In this document: piece after piece, positions 56,235-56,578 of the stretch
Position numbering within the stretch: position 1 is the first letter of the stretch
Layout of the letters: each line of letters opens with the position of its first letter
NCBI GenBank assembly: GCA_042088965.1
Contig: JBELLC010000002.1
Location: forward strand, 1 to 56,578
Source: Nisaea sp.
Lineage (GTDB): Bacteria > Pseudomonadota > Alphaproteobacteria > Thalassobaculales > Thalassobaculaceae
DNA: 56,578 nucleotides
Direction: 5' to 3'
Position numbers and translations under genes: made by a program
The notes under the pieces: model-generated
What the model was told of the DNA's origin: nothing
The model's input: the letters and a program-made list of their open reading frames with translations, nothing else
The model's database searches: none

Positions 56235-56422
56235 CGACCTGCTCCGTCCTAAAATATATCATGATGCTTATATACCAGCTCACCCGAAGCTGAAATTGAA
56301 ATTCACACCGTCGCGGCACTTCGCCGCCAACTTAAAAAGTCTTGTCAACGCACCTGCGGTCATGTCAGGGCAGTTGTCGGCGCACAAGTCGGCGCAAAAA
56401 TCGCTCCCATCACCGAATTGCA

Positions 56423-56451
56423 TTGACACAGACAGCCGACAGACCTTATCT
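56423..56451 (+). promoter_or_regulatory. Candidate sigma-70 promoter for tRNA-Leu
   Basis: TTGACA (56423..56428), a 17-nt spacer, then TTATCT (56446..56451). It lies about 40 nt upstream of the mature tRNA 5' end. Confidence 0.4.
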
Positions 56452-56491
56452 ACCGCCGACTTGCTGCGGTCGTTCCACGAACGTCGCGAGT

Positions 56492-56578
<87 letters not shown>

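Overview
This 56.6-kb window looks like ordinary chromosome from an alphaproteobacterium. Supporting that are the gltD-then-gltB gene order, an NDUFA9-like gene, a DUF3126 gene and a membrane-anchored J-protein; the taxon is my inference. It is densely coded. I can support about 52 protein genes and one tRNA-Leu(CAG) that abuts the right edge. I saw no rRNA, CRISPR array, transposase, integrase or phage genes. All family calls rest on reading motifs in the supplied translations; no database was searched.

The content is mostly central and accessory metabolism:
- An acyl-CoA operon at the left edge, then sfsA and map.
- An orphan Wzt-like ABC ATPase coupled to an AroE-like dehydrogenase.
- A PrpD-family gene, an epoxide-hydrolase-like gene, and an amidohydrolase plus ribokinase pair.
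- A tight six-gene minus-strand operon: thiolase, PhyH dioxygenase, M14D cytosolic-type carboxypeptidase, ArsC/YffB, aryl-CoA ligase and Nudix.
- A TAXI-TRAP transporter whose GC content is clearly lower than its flanks.
- ggt and purB, then a metF-like / pterin-binding methyltransferase / RamA-like corrinoid activator trio.
- A VWA protein coupled to a membrane J-protein.
- galU-ugd-pgm, a MATE pump, and a CoA-transferase.
- An alkaline-phosphatase-superfamily enzyme, and MarR plus HlyD without a pump.
- eda, a GST, gltDB and uppP.

I found no clear-cut novel system. The items most worth a second look are:
1. The heterogeneous thiolase-to-Nudix operon, including the M14D/YffB pair coupled by an ATGA overlap.
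2. Near-identical arginine-rich C-terminal tails on two adjacent corrinoid-pathway proteins.
3. The VWA / J-protein pair.
4. The pump-less and permease-less transporter components.
5. The low-GC TRAP insertion.
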